The notes beneath the pieces were generated by a model. That model saw only the letters and a program-made list of their open reading frames with translations. It was not told the DNA's origin and searched no databases. The translations under genes and the position numbers were made by a program. This document shows positions 37,640 through 45,747 of a stretch of DNA of 51,958 nt, piece by piece. Source of the DNA: an uncultured Candidatus Saccharibacteria bacterium (GTDB lineage Bacteria; Patescibacteriota; Saccharimonadia; Saccharimonadales; JAGQNJ01); contig CAZPVO010000005.1 in assembly GCA_964590205.1 (NCBI GenBank), positions 1 through 51,958 of the forward strand, given 5' to 3'. The number at the start of each line of letters is the position of its first letter. Positions within the stretch are counted from its first letter, which is position 1.

Positions 37640-37927
37640 CTACCTTCTGTAACCGCCAAAGCTACCTTGTTTACGGTCGTTTTGAGGACGGGCCTGGTTA
37701 ACAACAATAGAACGACCATCGATTTCCTTGTTATTCAACTCTTTAATAGCATTTTGGCCATCTTTTAACTCTTCCATTTCTACAAATCCAAAACCTTTGG
37801 ATTGAGAAGTGTCTCTATCTTTTATGATGACAGCACTTAAAACTTTACCGTGTTCTTCAAACAGAGTTTTTAGCTGGTCATCTGTAGTGTTGTATGACAG
37901 ACCACCAACATATAATTTAATTGGCAT
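37640..37927 (-). CDS. RRM-domain RNA-binding protein
   Basis: RNP2 LYVGGL, RNP1 KGFGFVEM and a Gly/Arg tail. Confidence 0.95.
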   Translation of the reverse strand: MPIKLYVGGLSYNTTDDQLKTLFEEHGKVLSAVIIKDRDTSQSKGFGFVEMEELKDGQNAIKELNNKEIDGRSIVVNQARPQNDRKQGSFGGYRR

Positions 37928-38059
37928 AAAAAATCCTTTCTTAACTTGATATCATAGGCATTTAGTATGACTAGCCGCTAGGATATCGAGCCCAAGAAAG
38001 GCAAAGTATTGCAAAGGTAAGCTAGAGTAACCACTCGCTTAAATATATTTTACCACAAG

Positions 38060-38100
38060 ATGCGCTGAAGTGCTAACGCTCATGCTTGGTTCTCTGGATG
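38060..38100 (-). repeat. Junction repeat copy 7 (distal, degenerate)
   Basis: Minus strand: GAGAACCA-AGCAT-GAGCGT-TAGCACTTCAGCGCA. Confidence 0.55.
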
Positions 38101-38116
38101 GAGTGGATGCCGGTAC

Positions 38117-38713
38117 TCAAGTGCCAGCAGTCACAGCAACAATAACAACCACTAGTACACAAAGAAGAATGATACCTGCAATTGTGCCAACAATAATTAA
38201 ACCGAAATGATAGTTTACTATTTTAGGGGCAGTTGTATTAACTCGAAAGCCATTTTGCTGCAGGGTTGTCAGCCACTGAGTCATAACTGCCAGGCTGACA
38301 ACTGGATCTGCCTTAGGGATCTTCATATCTTCTACTGTGTAACCAGTAATACCCGCGGCTGTTGATGCTAGATCAAAACTTTGAGCTATATCGACGGCAG
38401 TGCCAACAGCTTGTTCGGCAGAAATATCAGCCTCCACGGGCTTAGCATCACTATCAATTAATGTAAATGTAGCCTGTTCATTTTGGCTCGTGAACTGAAG
38501 TGTTCCCGGCGTGTGAGAATCATATTCAACATTCAAAACTTCGTCGTGTTTCTTGCGCCACTTTTCAGTGCCATTGGGTGTGCGATATGCAAGTGAGCCA
38601 TCTTTAAAAAGTACCAGGTTGCCATGTGCACTTTGTTTTGGTGATAACATATTCGCTTGAGCAGTGAGAAGTATAGACCCGGTATCTGCTACATTTGAAG
38701 GACGGCTATCCAT
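38117..38713 (-). CDS. Cassette gene: hypothetical protein with C-terminal TM
   Basis: Start set at ATG 38713 (38719 possible); TATAAT lies 6 nt upstream. Confidence 0.65.
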   Translation of the reverse strand: MDSRPSNVADTGSILLTAQANMLSPKQSAHGNLVLFKDGSLAYRTPNGTEKWRKKHDEVLNVEYDSHTPGTLQFTSQNEQATFTLIDSDAKPVEADISAEQAVGTAVDIAQSFDLASTAAGITGYTVEDMKIPKADPVVSLAVMTQWLTTLQQNGFRVNTTAPKIVNYHFGLIIVGTIAGIILLCVLVVVIVAVTAGT

Positions 38714-38731
38714 ACGCATATTATAACAAGC

Positions 38732-38768
38732 AAAAAAAGCACCTCTTCCAACGTGCTTACCTTCTTGC
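38732..38768 (-). repeat. Junction repeat copy 6
   Basis: AAGCAC-GTTGGAAGAG-GTGCTT-TTTTT; the stop codon of the upstream hydrolase lies inside it. Confidence 0.75.
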
Positions 38769-39434
38769 CATGCGGACAAGTTTGCGTACTCTTACTAAGT
38801 TTCTAATAACTGTTTGACTGTGGTTAAGTTTATGATGAGAAATGAGTTTTACTTGTGCACCAGCAGCCTTAAGTGTCTCGATACATTCCAATGCGGCCTT
38901 AAAACCAGCGGTTTTATCATTTTTGCTTGCAACTGCAATATAGTTTTTCCCACTCAGATTCTTGAGTTTCGGATGTTGCAGCTCGTGCCAAGCTTCTGCT
39001 AATGACTCTTTGGTAAAGCCATTGACTTCAAACTTGTGTCTTTCAGACTCAAAACTCCAGATTGCTCTAGTTATGTCACCACCAGCAATCACAACACCCC
39101 AAGAAAGCTCAGGAATATCATCAAGCGAGCCATATAAAACGAAACCACCTAAGCTTGCACCGACAAAACCAAATTCTTTGTATCCCTTTTTTTGTAACGT
39201 GCGGATAGTATCTTGAATATACTTCTCAGATTGCTCAATGGCCTTAAAGAGTAGTTTCGGATCACCTGTGTCAAAGATTGCCAATGTGTAACCGAGAGCA
39301 ATTACTGAGTAATTGTCACGCAGCAATGCACGAATAGGTAGACGCAACTTGCTGACTGAGATGCCATATGGCCCAAGCAAAAAGATGGCTCTTGTAGCTT
39401 TCGGCTTTAAGTATTCTCTAGTTTCAACTAGCAT
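38757..39434 (-). CDS. Cassette gene: alpha/beta hydrolase fold protein
   Basis: GASLG elbow, ASKNDK acid and C-terminal His. Start set at ATG 39434, 7 nt after TACACT. Confidence 0.72.
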   Translation of the reverse strand: MLVETREYLKPKATRAIFLLGPYGISVSKLRLPIRALLRDNYSVIALGYTLAIFDTGDPKLLFKAIEQSEKYIQDTIRTLQKKGYKEFGFVGASLGGFVLYGSLDDIPELSWGVVIAGGDITRAIWSFESERHKFEVNGFTKESLAEAWHELQHPKLKNLSGKNYIAVASKNDKTAGFKAALECIETLKAAGAQVKLISHHKLNHSQTVIRNLVRVRKLVRMARR

Positions 39435-39449
39435 ATGGCCTAGTGTAAC

Positions 39450-39509
39450 AAAAAACACTTCGTGATGAAGTGTTTATGCTTGCTTCTACTAAGGTGGTAG
39501 ATGTTAAAA
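39450..39509 (-). repeat. Junction repeat copy 5
   Basis: TTTTAACATCTACCACCT..GAAGCA-AGCAT-AAACACTTC-ATCAC-GAAGTGTTT-TTT. Confidence 0.75.
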
Positions 39510-40376
39510 CTATGATTCAATGGGTGGTTGTGTAGGCTGGTTTGGTTGTGGTGAACTAATGTCTTTGTTTTTGCCTTTTATGCGCATCAAAGTATTAAAG
39601 TACAGGCCAGTGAATCCGATAGTTGTGTGGTGCTCGCCAAAAACCACTAGCCATAAATTACTTGGTCGCCGGCTAAAGAGCTTTATGCGCAGCGGATAAG
39701 CTGTCGCAGGGCCAGTGCTGGTAGACTGTGTCAACAGCCAGATTCTTGAAGGCTCGTGTCCATTTGTTGGAGTACCAACTATCTGATAATAGGAATCTTT
39801 GCGCCCTTTCGGACTGTTCGGATGTTTTGAGTTTAAATATCCTTTGTACTTAAGTTGGTACGGCATGTCTTTAGGACTTAGACCTGTCACGATAAAGAAA
39901 ATTGTTAGTAATAGCCGTAAACAAAAGAATATTCCATAGACAAATATTATGGTTAGGACAATTGTCAGTATCGAAAATACCACATTACTATTTGTATATG
40001 CTTCCGCTGGCAAACGGGCTGTATCACCGAAAGGTGCAATAATAACCTGTACATTATCACCAACATTAGGTTGATGAGGCTGATCGACACACATTTCCAG
40101 TGTTACCTGTCTATCATTAGCTGTTCCTTTATATCTGATCCGATTGCAGGTGTTAGGTGAATTATTGGTATAACCGTGACCACCAGCTAGGAAATGACTT
40201 TCGGTGATATGCATGCTTGCCGTTTGGGCCAGACCAAAAGTACGAGCGTAGTCTGGCTCGGTCAGTGGACTGGCAGCAAACAAAATGACAAAACAGACAA
40301 ATAAGACAGCTATCGGAATTATGAAAAAAGTAACAATAAAACCCTCAGACTTAAATATTTGACTTTTGTTGAACAT
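39510..40376 (-). CDS. Cassette gene: membrane protein with an extracytoplasmic beta-domain between two TM segments
   Basis: TM-domain-TM layout; TATACT lies 7 nt before ATG. Confidence 0.65.
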   Translation of the reverse strand: MFNKSQIFKSEGFIVTFFIIPIAVLFVCFVILFAASPLTEPDYARTFGLAQTASMHITESHFLAGGHGYTNNSPNTCNRIRYKGTANDRQVTLEMCVDQPHQPNVGDNVQVIIAPFGDTARLPAEAYTNSNVVFSILTIVLTIIFVYGIFFCLRLLLTIFFIVTGLSPKDMPYQLKYKGYLNSKHPNSPKGRKDSYYQIVGTPTNGHEPSRIWLLTQSTSTGPATAYPLRIKLFSRRPSNLWLVVFGEHHTTIGFTGLYFNTLMRIKGKNKDISSPQPNQPTQPPIES

Positions 40377-40402
40377 TAATCCTAGTATAATTTACGCACA
40401 AT

Positions 40403-40461
40403 AAAAAAGCACTTCTTTCACAGTGCTTGTGCTTGGGTCTGAGTGACGGTGGAAGTTAGAA
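40403..40461 (-). repeat. Junction repeat copy 4
   Basis: TTCTAACTTCCACCGT-CACTCAGACCCA-AGCAC-AAGCACT-GTGAAAGA-AGTGCTT-TTTT. Confidence 0.85.
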
Positions 40462-40989
40462 CTACTTTAGATCTTTTAGCACAGAACCTAATGTCTGATT
40501 ATTAATATAGGTCGTTTCTAAAAATTGAGCGTAAAACTTTTTCCCATACTCGGCTGCTCCTTCAAGACAAACTTGCAGGTATCGTCCTTGGGCGATGGAA
40601 CCAAAATCGTAATTACCGTTGTTCTTATTTGCTGAAAAGACTTTGCATTCTCCTAGAGGCTTGCCACTTTCGAAGTTATATGCGGTTGTGGATACTAAAG
40701 CGTACTCTTGTTCACGTCGTCTGAGTGCTTTGAAATACGTCTCATCAACACTAAAGACAATGCCATTAACATGAGATTTACCCTCAGCCTGCTTAACATC
40801 AACTGCACAAAACGGTATGCCACGAATATCACGATTCGTTTCTGTAAAGCCTTCGGGATCCCATAAACTAAAGTCTCGGACAAAACCTTCAATGTAGGCG
40901 GGTCGTATATCGCTCACATCGGGCACAGTTGCCCGCAATGATTCCTTAGACATTAGTGAGCCGTAACCGAAAACAAGTAGCTTGCTCAT
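40462..40989 (-). CDS. Cassette gene: gamma-glutamylcyclotransferase (GGCT/ChaC-like) family
   Basis: Motifs LVFGYGSLM, NGIVF and LRRREQEY. Start set at ATG 40989. Confidence 0.8.
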   Translation of the reverse strand: MSKLLVFGYGSLMSKESLRATVPDVSDIRPAYIEGFVRDFSLWDPEGFTETNRDIRGIPFCAVDVKQAEGKSHVNGIVFSVDETYFKALRRREQEYALVSTTAYNFESGKPLGECKVFSANKNNGNYDFGSIAQGRYLQVCLEGAAEYGKKFYAQFLETTYINNQTLGSVLKDLK

Positions 40990-41009
40990 TGACATATGAT
41001 AGCAAAAAT

Positions 41010-41066
41010 AAAAGCACCTCATTCAAAGTGCTTATGCATGGCTCTTTGTAACGGTGGAAGTTAGAA
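41010..41066 (-). repeat. Junction repeat copy 3
   Basis: TTCTAACTTCCACCGT-TACAAAGAGCCA-TGCAT-AAGCAC-TTTGAATGAG-GTGCTT-TT; two mismatches to copy 1 over ~35 nt. Confidence 0.9.
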
Positions 41067-41453
41067 TCACTCTAGTTGGGTTTGGATATTGGCGAGGCGA
41101 TCAAACAGGGATTGTTTTTCACTCTCATCCAACCAATGGGTAGACGTTACAGGACGCGACGGGATACTCCCTTCTGTTTTGGCAAACTCCCAAACACGTT
41201 CGTCCTCGTGAAGTTCGTATATATGCCAGTCATTACCTTCGCCTATGTGGATTCTTCCGATAATGTCTCCAGAACCCCCAATAGTTCCTCCTTCACTTGC
41301 CAGTGACATGTGAACTACGGTTCCATCAGGCAAACGTCGGTTAAAGACGCCTCGTTCGTTGGATGTACGGCTAAATCGACTCTCAGGATTTGTGAGTGAG
41401 ATTTCACCCAATAATTCCCTTGTCTGCTCAAAAGGCGTATCTGTTCGGCTCAT
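41067..41453 (-). CDS. Cassette gene: hypothetical protein
   Basis: 128-aa ORF bounded by junction repeats. Confidence 0.65.
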   Translation of the reverse strand: MSRTDTPFEQTRELLGEISLTNPESRFSRTSNERGVFNRRLPDGTVVHMSLASEGGTIGGSGDIIGRIHIGEGNDWHIYELHEDERVWEFAKTEGSIPSRPVTSTHWLDESEKQSLFDRLANIQTQLE

Positions 41454-41457
41454 AAAA

Positions 41458-41520
41458 ACAAAAATACCACTTTTTTGGCATTTTGCATATTGCTTATGCT
41501 TGGCTCTCTGTGGCCATCGA
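41458..41520 (-). repeat. Junction repeat copy 2
   Basis: 16 nt (GAGCCAAGCATAAGCA, 41506-41491) are identical to copy 1, followed by an alternative hairpin ATGCCA-AAAAAG-TGGTAT and a T-tract. Confidence 0.8.
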
Positions 41521-41522
41521 AT

Positions 41523-41870
41523 TTAGCTAGCCTCGTCAGAAAAAGGTACATACTCTGTAATTATTGCAGGTGTTTCTTGATAGGCTTGAGTAAGGCCCGT
41601 GTTGTCCAGGGTGGCAAAAGGCTGCTCCCCTACGAAAAAACTGTATGTACTTGGTGTGCTTTCATTACGAACCACACACTTTTGAGCAACTGATAAGTCG
41701 CCATCTGCTAGTCGGGCTTCATCTTCAGTAGAGAAGTCCCATAGAAGTATAAGCCTACCAACAGCCAGGCCAGGGACGTCTGGGTGAGTAACTGTAAATA
41801 TACCTTCTGACGCGGTTGGGCTTATCTCTACCTCTTGCCCGTGCTTACCTTCATAGTGTCTCCACAACAT
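41523..41870 (-). CDS. Cassette gene: hypothetical protein
   Basis: 115-aa ORF with its own promoter TTGCAC-16-TATAAT, 8 nt before ATG. Confidence 0.65.
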   Translation of the reverse strand: MLWRHYEGKHGQEVEISPTASEGIFTVTHPDVPGLAVGRLILLWDFSTEDEARLADGDLSVAQKCVVRNESTPSTYSFFVGEQPFATLDNTGLTQAYQETPAIITEYVPFSDEAS

Positions 41871-41917
41871 GGTGGCTAATTATAAAACTTTTCAGCGATT
41901 GTGCAAGAACCTAAAAC

Positions 41918-41966
41918 AAAAAGCACCTCTTTCAAAGTGCTTATGCTTGGCTCCGGGGAGAGGATA
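41918..41966 (-). repeat. Junction repeat copy 1 = tRNA-Asn-like 3' end (att site) plus terminator
   Basis: ATCCTCT-CCCCGGA-G-CCA reads as T-stem, acceptor strand, discriminator G and CCA (implied 5' TCCGGGG, Asn-type). It is followed by AGCAT-AAGCAC-TTTGAAAGAG-GTGCTT-TT. Confidence 0.85.
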
Positions 41967-42187
41967 ATGCCGTCCCTCTGGGACGAACGCACCTCCGACT
42001 ATTGCCTGCTTCGCAGTCAAGTCGGAGAATCGAAGCCTTGCACGAAAAATGAGCCTGCCCAGAACCTCTTTGGGTTCTGATCAGACTCATGGCTCACACT
42101 AGCTGACGCATTGCGAACTGCCAGTGCGGAATATGACGAGCATCAAGTGCAAAATATTCAGTCTATACTGCAGTACAATGCGTTAGC

Positions 42188-42583
42188 TTAGGCACTATCT
42201 ACTTCTGAATAATCAAATCCGATTGAATAATGAGGTATTTCCGCATTACCAGTGGGTGTTTCCTTTGCTGGTTCCCAAGCCCAACAAGCCAACTCAGTGT
42301 AATGATAAGTGTCCAAGGCACTGAGGCTTACTGTTTCCTTGGCTGCATTACCTAGAACTCCGTACATATCATAACCACCTCTAGCGTAGATAACGGGACA
42401 AGTCCAGATTGCCTTGAACTTTTCTATGTAGCCATCTATATGGACTGCGTAACAAGTGAATTTGTTTAGTCCGGGCTTCATCTTGTACTTTTTATCAAAT
42501 GCCGTTCCATACTCATCCCCTATAAACAATCGAGCTATAGTATTTCGACTATGTTCAAACTGTCTAACGGGTTGATTGTCCAT
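42188..42583 (-). CDS. Hypothetical protein (island cargo)
   Basis: 131-aa ORF; TAAAAT lies 6 nt before ATG. Confidence 0.6.
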   Translation of the reverse strand: MDNQPVRQFEHSRNTIARLFIGDEYGTAFDKKYKMKPGLNKFTCYAVHIDGYIEKFKAIWTCPVIYARGGYDMYGVLGNAAKETVSLSALDTYHYTELACWAWEPAKETPTGNAEIPHYSIGFDYSEVDSA

Positions 42584-42619
42584 AGGTGTATTTTAGCTTC
42601 AATGTAATACTATATCTAC

Positions 42620-43762
42620 ATGATTAGGGACTTTAAGCCAGACCACACATCCGACCATGCTAGTGGTCCTTTGTATTTTGTGCGTTCTGAAGATAAGTAC
42701 AGGAGCTTGTGGCAGTACATTAAACGTTACCAAAATCCAACATTTAACGACAAAATACTCAAGAAACGTCACCCCGCTATGGCCAGCGGTATAAGAAAAG
42801 TCAAAGCACAACACGTTGCCGATGCTCTAAAGCAAGCTGAGGCTTATTTCAATACAGCAAGGTCCAGTGAGCTTGCGATTAAGCCACTCATTTTATACTA
42901 CGGGGCACTAAATATGGTTAAGGCTCTCATGATTTTCGCCGATAATGACCTTACGCTTGAAAATACGGTTCAAAGGGATAAAGGGTTGAACACTCATGGG
43001 CTTACAAATGGTGCTTCTAGCCCAGCCGATGAAGCGATCCGGAATGATAGCACTAACCTTCTTGAGGAATTTGGACTCGTAAATGCAGTAGACAAAACCG
43101 TTTTCTCCCTGTTGCATAGCTGCTGGTCTGACACTCCATTGCCGCAAGGTACTCGACTTGAACTCGGCGATTTAGCGTCAATGCATCCAAATAGCTGGAG
43201 GAGTTACAAGGCACACACCGATAAGCCACCGAAGTATTTCAAAATCGAAGGTGCCAGCTTTCGTACAACGGCAAGGGGTCCAGAGCATATGGTTGTGTTC
43301 GGCGGATTATTCAATTCGATGCTTTACCAACCAACAATGCCAACTGGTCAAGATAACATCTTTGCATTCTTTGAGGGTCAGCTGTCTCAACTTGCGACCT
43401 ATTACAGTCGAGAAACTCAGCCGCAATCCAGCTTTTATACGAATACTATGCCTAATAATATCGATGAATATTTGCCTGGCTATCGTGAGCCTAGTGGCAC
43501 AAGGTTCGTTATGAAAAATATTAACGCAGGGCAAGCATTACATCTTATAGAGGTTGAATTCGCAATGTTATTTATTCTCGGAAATCTTACCAGATACGTA
43601 CCTCAGAAGTGGCTAGACAACGTGAACTATGGGAACAAAGGTGAAATGTTTGTGGTTGAGGGCTTTATTAACTCAGTTGCTTTCTCTTTTCCCAAGCTTA
43701 TTTTTGAAGAGCTCGAAGAGAAGGACTACACCTTCACAGGTGATGTTGCTTACTGGAACTGA
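42620..43762 (+). CDS. YaaC-like family protein
   Basis: Motifs QAEAYFNTA, IKPLILYYGALN, THGL and LFILGNLTRY.P..W. Confidence 0.7.
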   Translation: MIRDFKPDHTSDHASGPLYFVRSEDKYRSLWQYIKRYQNPTFNDKILKKRHPAMASGIRKVKAQHVADALKQAEAYFNTARSSELAIKPLILYYGALNMVKALMIFADNDLTLENTVQRDKGLNTHGLTNGASSPADEAIRNDSTNLLEEFGLVNAVDKTVFSLLHSCWSDTPLPQGTRLELGDLASMHPNSWRSYKAHTDKPPKYFKIEGASFRTTARGPEHMVVFGGLFNSMLYQPTMPTGQDNIFAFFEGQLSQLATYYSRETQPQSSFYTNTMPNNIDEYLPGYREPSGTRFVMKNINAGQALHLIEVEFAMLFILGNLTRYVPQKWLDNVNYGNKGEMFVVEGFINSVAFSFPKLIFEELEEKDYTFTGDVAYWN

Positions 43763-43975
43763 TCCATATATTTAACGACTTATAAATTTAGTGACAACAG
43801 ATTAAAATTTGTGAATTTTGCCATTCTGTGCCCCTAGGAGCTCATAGCTTTATGTAGTGCATTAGATAAGTGCCCATCGAGTCCGTTCATCTTTTTCCAT
43901 ATGGACAGACCGAGTTACCCTACGAAAATTTTTTAGCCAGCTTTTTACGTCTTAAACGCTGTTTGTCCGGTATAT

Positions 43976-44629
43976 CTATCTTTGGCGAATTGAGGTAGCA
44001 ATAAGCTCGGCAAGTGGCTTATTTGAATCTTCACTGAAGTGAATACCGTCCTCGCCAGAATGTGCCACATCGGCAGCGTTAAGAAATAGACAATCATTAC
44101 CTTCGGCAACTTTCTTTATTGCTTCTGCAAGTCGTAATGATTCCTGCATAGAACGACTATCGTAGTAACCGGTATAAAACTCAGTGAACCGAGGGGCTTT
44201 GTCATCTACTAGGATGGGACTGATAAGTATAATCTTGGGTGCTTTCCCATTTTTGTCTGAACCATATGTCCGCACATCTTCAACTAATCCTTTGATTGCA
44301 GTAGCGATTTCCTCGGCAGTACGTGAGTACTCCATTTTTAAGTCGTTCGTGCCAAGCATAATGGTAACAATATCAACTGGTATATGACTTGCTACACAAG
44401 GCACGAGATACGTCTTCCCGTTGCGTCCTAACTTACGGTTATATTCCAGGTCGGTTGTTCGACTGCCCAAGCCTTCTTCTACTATGTAGTAATTGGCACC
44501 GAGCAAATCTTGTAGCAAGCCCGTCCAGCGTATATTGACTTCATAACGACCTGTCTTATCTGGTTTCTGCCCCCAGGTGTTACTGTCGCCGTAACATAGT
44601 ACTTTTATTGCTGAAGGGTTCGTGTTCAT
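43976..44629 (-). CDS. SGNH/GDSL hydrolase
   Basis: Motifs CYGDSNTWG, EEGLGSRTT, MLGTNDLK and DGIH; ATGA overlap with the upstream gene. Confidence 0.92.
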   Translation of the reverse strand: MNTNPSAIKVLCYGDSNTWGQKPDKTGRYEVNIRWTGLLQDLLGANYYIVEEGLGSRTTDLEYNRKLGRNGKTYLVPCVASHIPVDIVTIMLGTNDLKMEYSRTAEEIATAIKGLVEDVRTYGSDKNGKAPKIILISPILVDDKAPRFTEFYTGYYDSRSMQESLRLAEAIKKVAEGNDCLFLNAADVAHSGEDGIHFSEDSNKPLAELIATSIRQR

Positions 44630-45207
44630 TGTAAACACTCCTTAACCAACTCTGGGAACTCAACGGTATTCATGTCTTCAAAACAGAAATGTCCGTAATT
44701 ATGGAATTCTCTGTATTCAATGCCATTAACCTTATCTCGAATTATTTGCACTGACTTGTGAATGGTTTCTTGGTCGTCATCAGAATTAAATACGGTAACG
44801 CCAGCCGTTCGACTTACTAAATCAGGGTCAATCTCAAAATCAAAAAAATCTGCTGTGTCAGATACTGGATTATTTTCAGGATTAAGCCAAGGTGCTACCA
44901 ACACAACCTTACCGACTCTTTTATCCTTATTTTCACTTAGCCAGCGAACTAGAAAACCTCCACCACAGCTATGTCCAACTAACACTGTTTCGGGGGTAAT
45001 ATCAAATTTTTCAAATTCTCTTTTCCATACTTCATAGCGTGGTGAATAAGGTTTTGGAGGTTCAATCGCTATGGCAAATACGTCATTTATTTGCAATTGC
45101 TTTGATAGCCAAGGAAACCAATGTCCGTTACTGTTGGTTGGATACTGAGGGTCGTAATACTCTTCTTTGTCGGGTCTTCCTGGTACTAATATTGCATTTT
45201 TTGTCAT
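44626..45207 (-). CDS. RBBP9/YdeN family alpha/beta hydrolase
   Basis: Motifs HWFPWL, VGHSCGG, LVAPW, NSDDD and GHF. Confidence 0.88.
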   Translation of the reverse strand: MTKNAILVPGRPDKEEYYDPQYPTNSNGHWFPWLSKQLQINDVFAIAIEPPKPYSPRYEVWKREFEKFDITPETVLVGHSCGGGFLVRWLSENKDKRVGKVVLVAPWLNPENNPVSDTADFFDFEIDPDLVSRTAGVTVFNSDDDQETIHKSVQIIRDKVNGIEYREFHNYGHFCFEDMNTVEFPELVKECLQ

Positions 45208-45746
45208 GCTTCATACTCCCATCCTGGTTGCCAAGCCTTTTGTTTTCGCCAGTCACTTGCAAAAGCCTCTTCCCATGTCATACCCTTCAGTATCACGTCC
45301 ATAGCAAGCTGTGGGGCTTTGTGGGCGACAATAGCTATATGCTTGCCATCGTATTCATTCTTGATTGAATCTAGGAAGTTCATGATTCTGGTCTTAACGT
45401 CTTCATAACTTTCGCCATTAGGCATAGGGGCTGAGATGGACTTTTCCTGCATCGGTTCAACGATGTCTGAATTTTTGCCATTCAAATCGCCATAGTTGCA
45501 TTCTCGTAATCTTTTATCAGCGAAGGTGGGGTACTTATCGCCCCATGTTAATTTTGCCGAGTCTATTGCACGGCTTAGATCAGAAGTAAACACGGCATCA
45601 AATGATTTATCTGCCGTCAATTTAGTCAAGTCTTTAGATTGCTGAATTCCTAATTCAGAAAGCTTAACATCATTCCAACCTGAAGATTTGTTTTCTTCGT
45701 TATCTGTCGTTGTTCCGTGAACAAAGTAAGTGATTTTAACTGACAT
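45204..45746 (-). CDS. Histidine phosphatase family protein
   Basis: VHGTT (an RHG variant), FTSDLSRA, RLRECNYG, GES and IVAH. Start set at ATG 45746. Confidence 0.88.
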   Translation of the reverse strand: MSVKITYFVHGTTTDNEENKSSGWNDVKLSELGIQQSKDLTKLTADKSFDAVFTSDLSRAIDSAKLTWGDKYPTFADKRLRECNYGDLNGKNSDIVEPMQEKSISAPMPNGESYEDVKTRIMNFLDSIKNEYDGKHIAIVAHKAPQLAMDVILKGMTWEEAFASDWRKQKAWQPGWEYEA

Positions 45747-45747
45747 A

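Noticed and set aside
38060-41966. CRISPR array or classical integron attC interpretation of the repeats
   Set aside because: The intervening segments are 350-900 bp ORFs rather than 25-45 nt spacers, and no cas genes are present. There is no IntI, and the junctions lack a full R''-L''/L'-R' palindrome.
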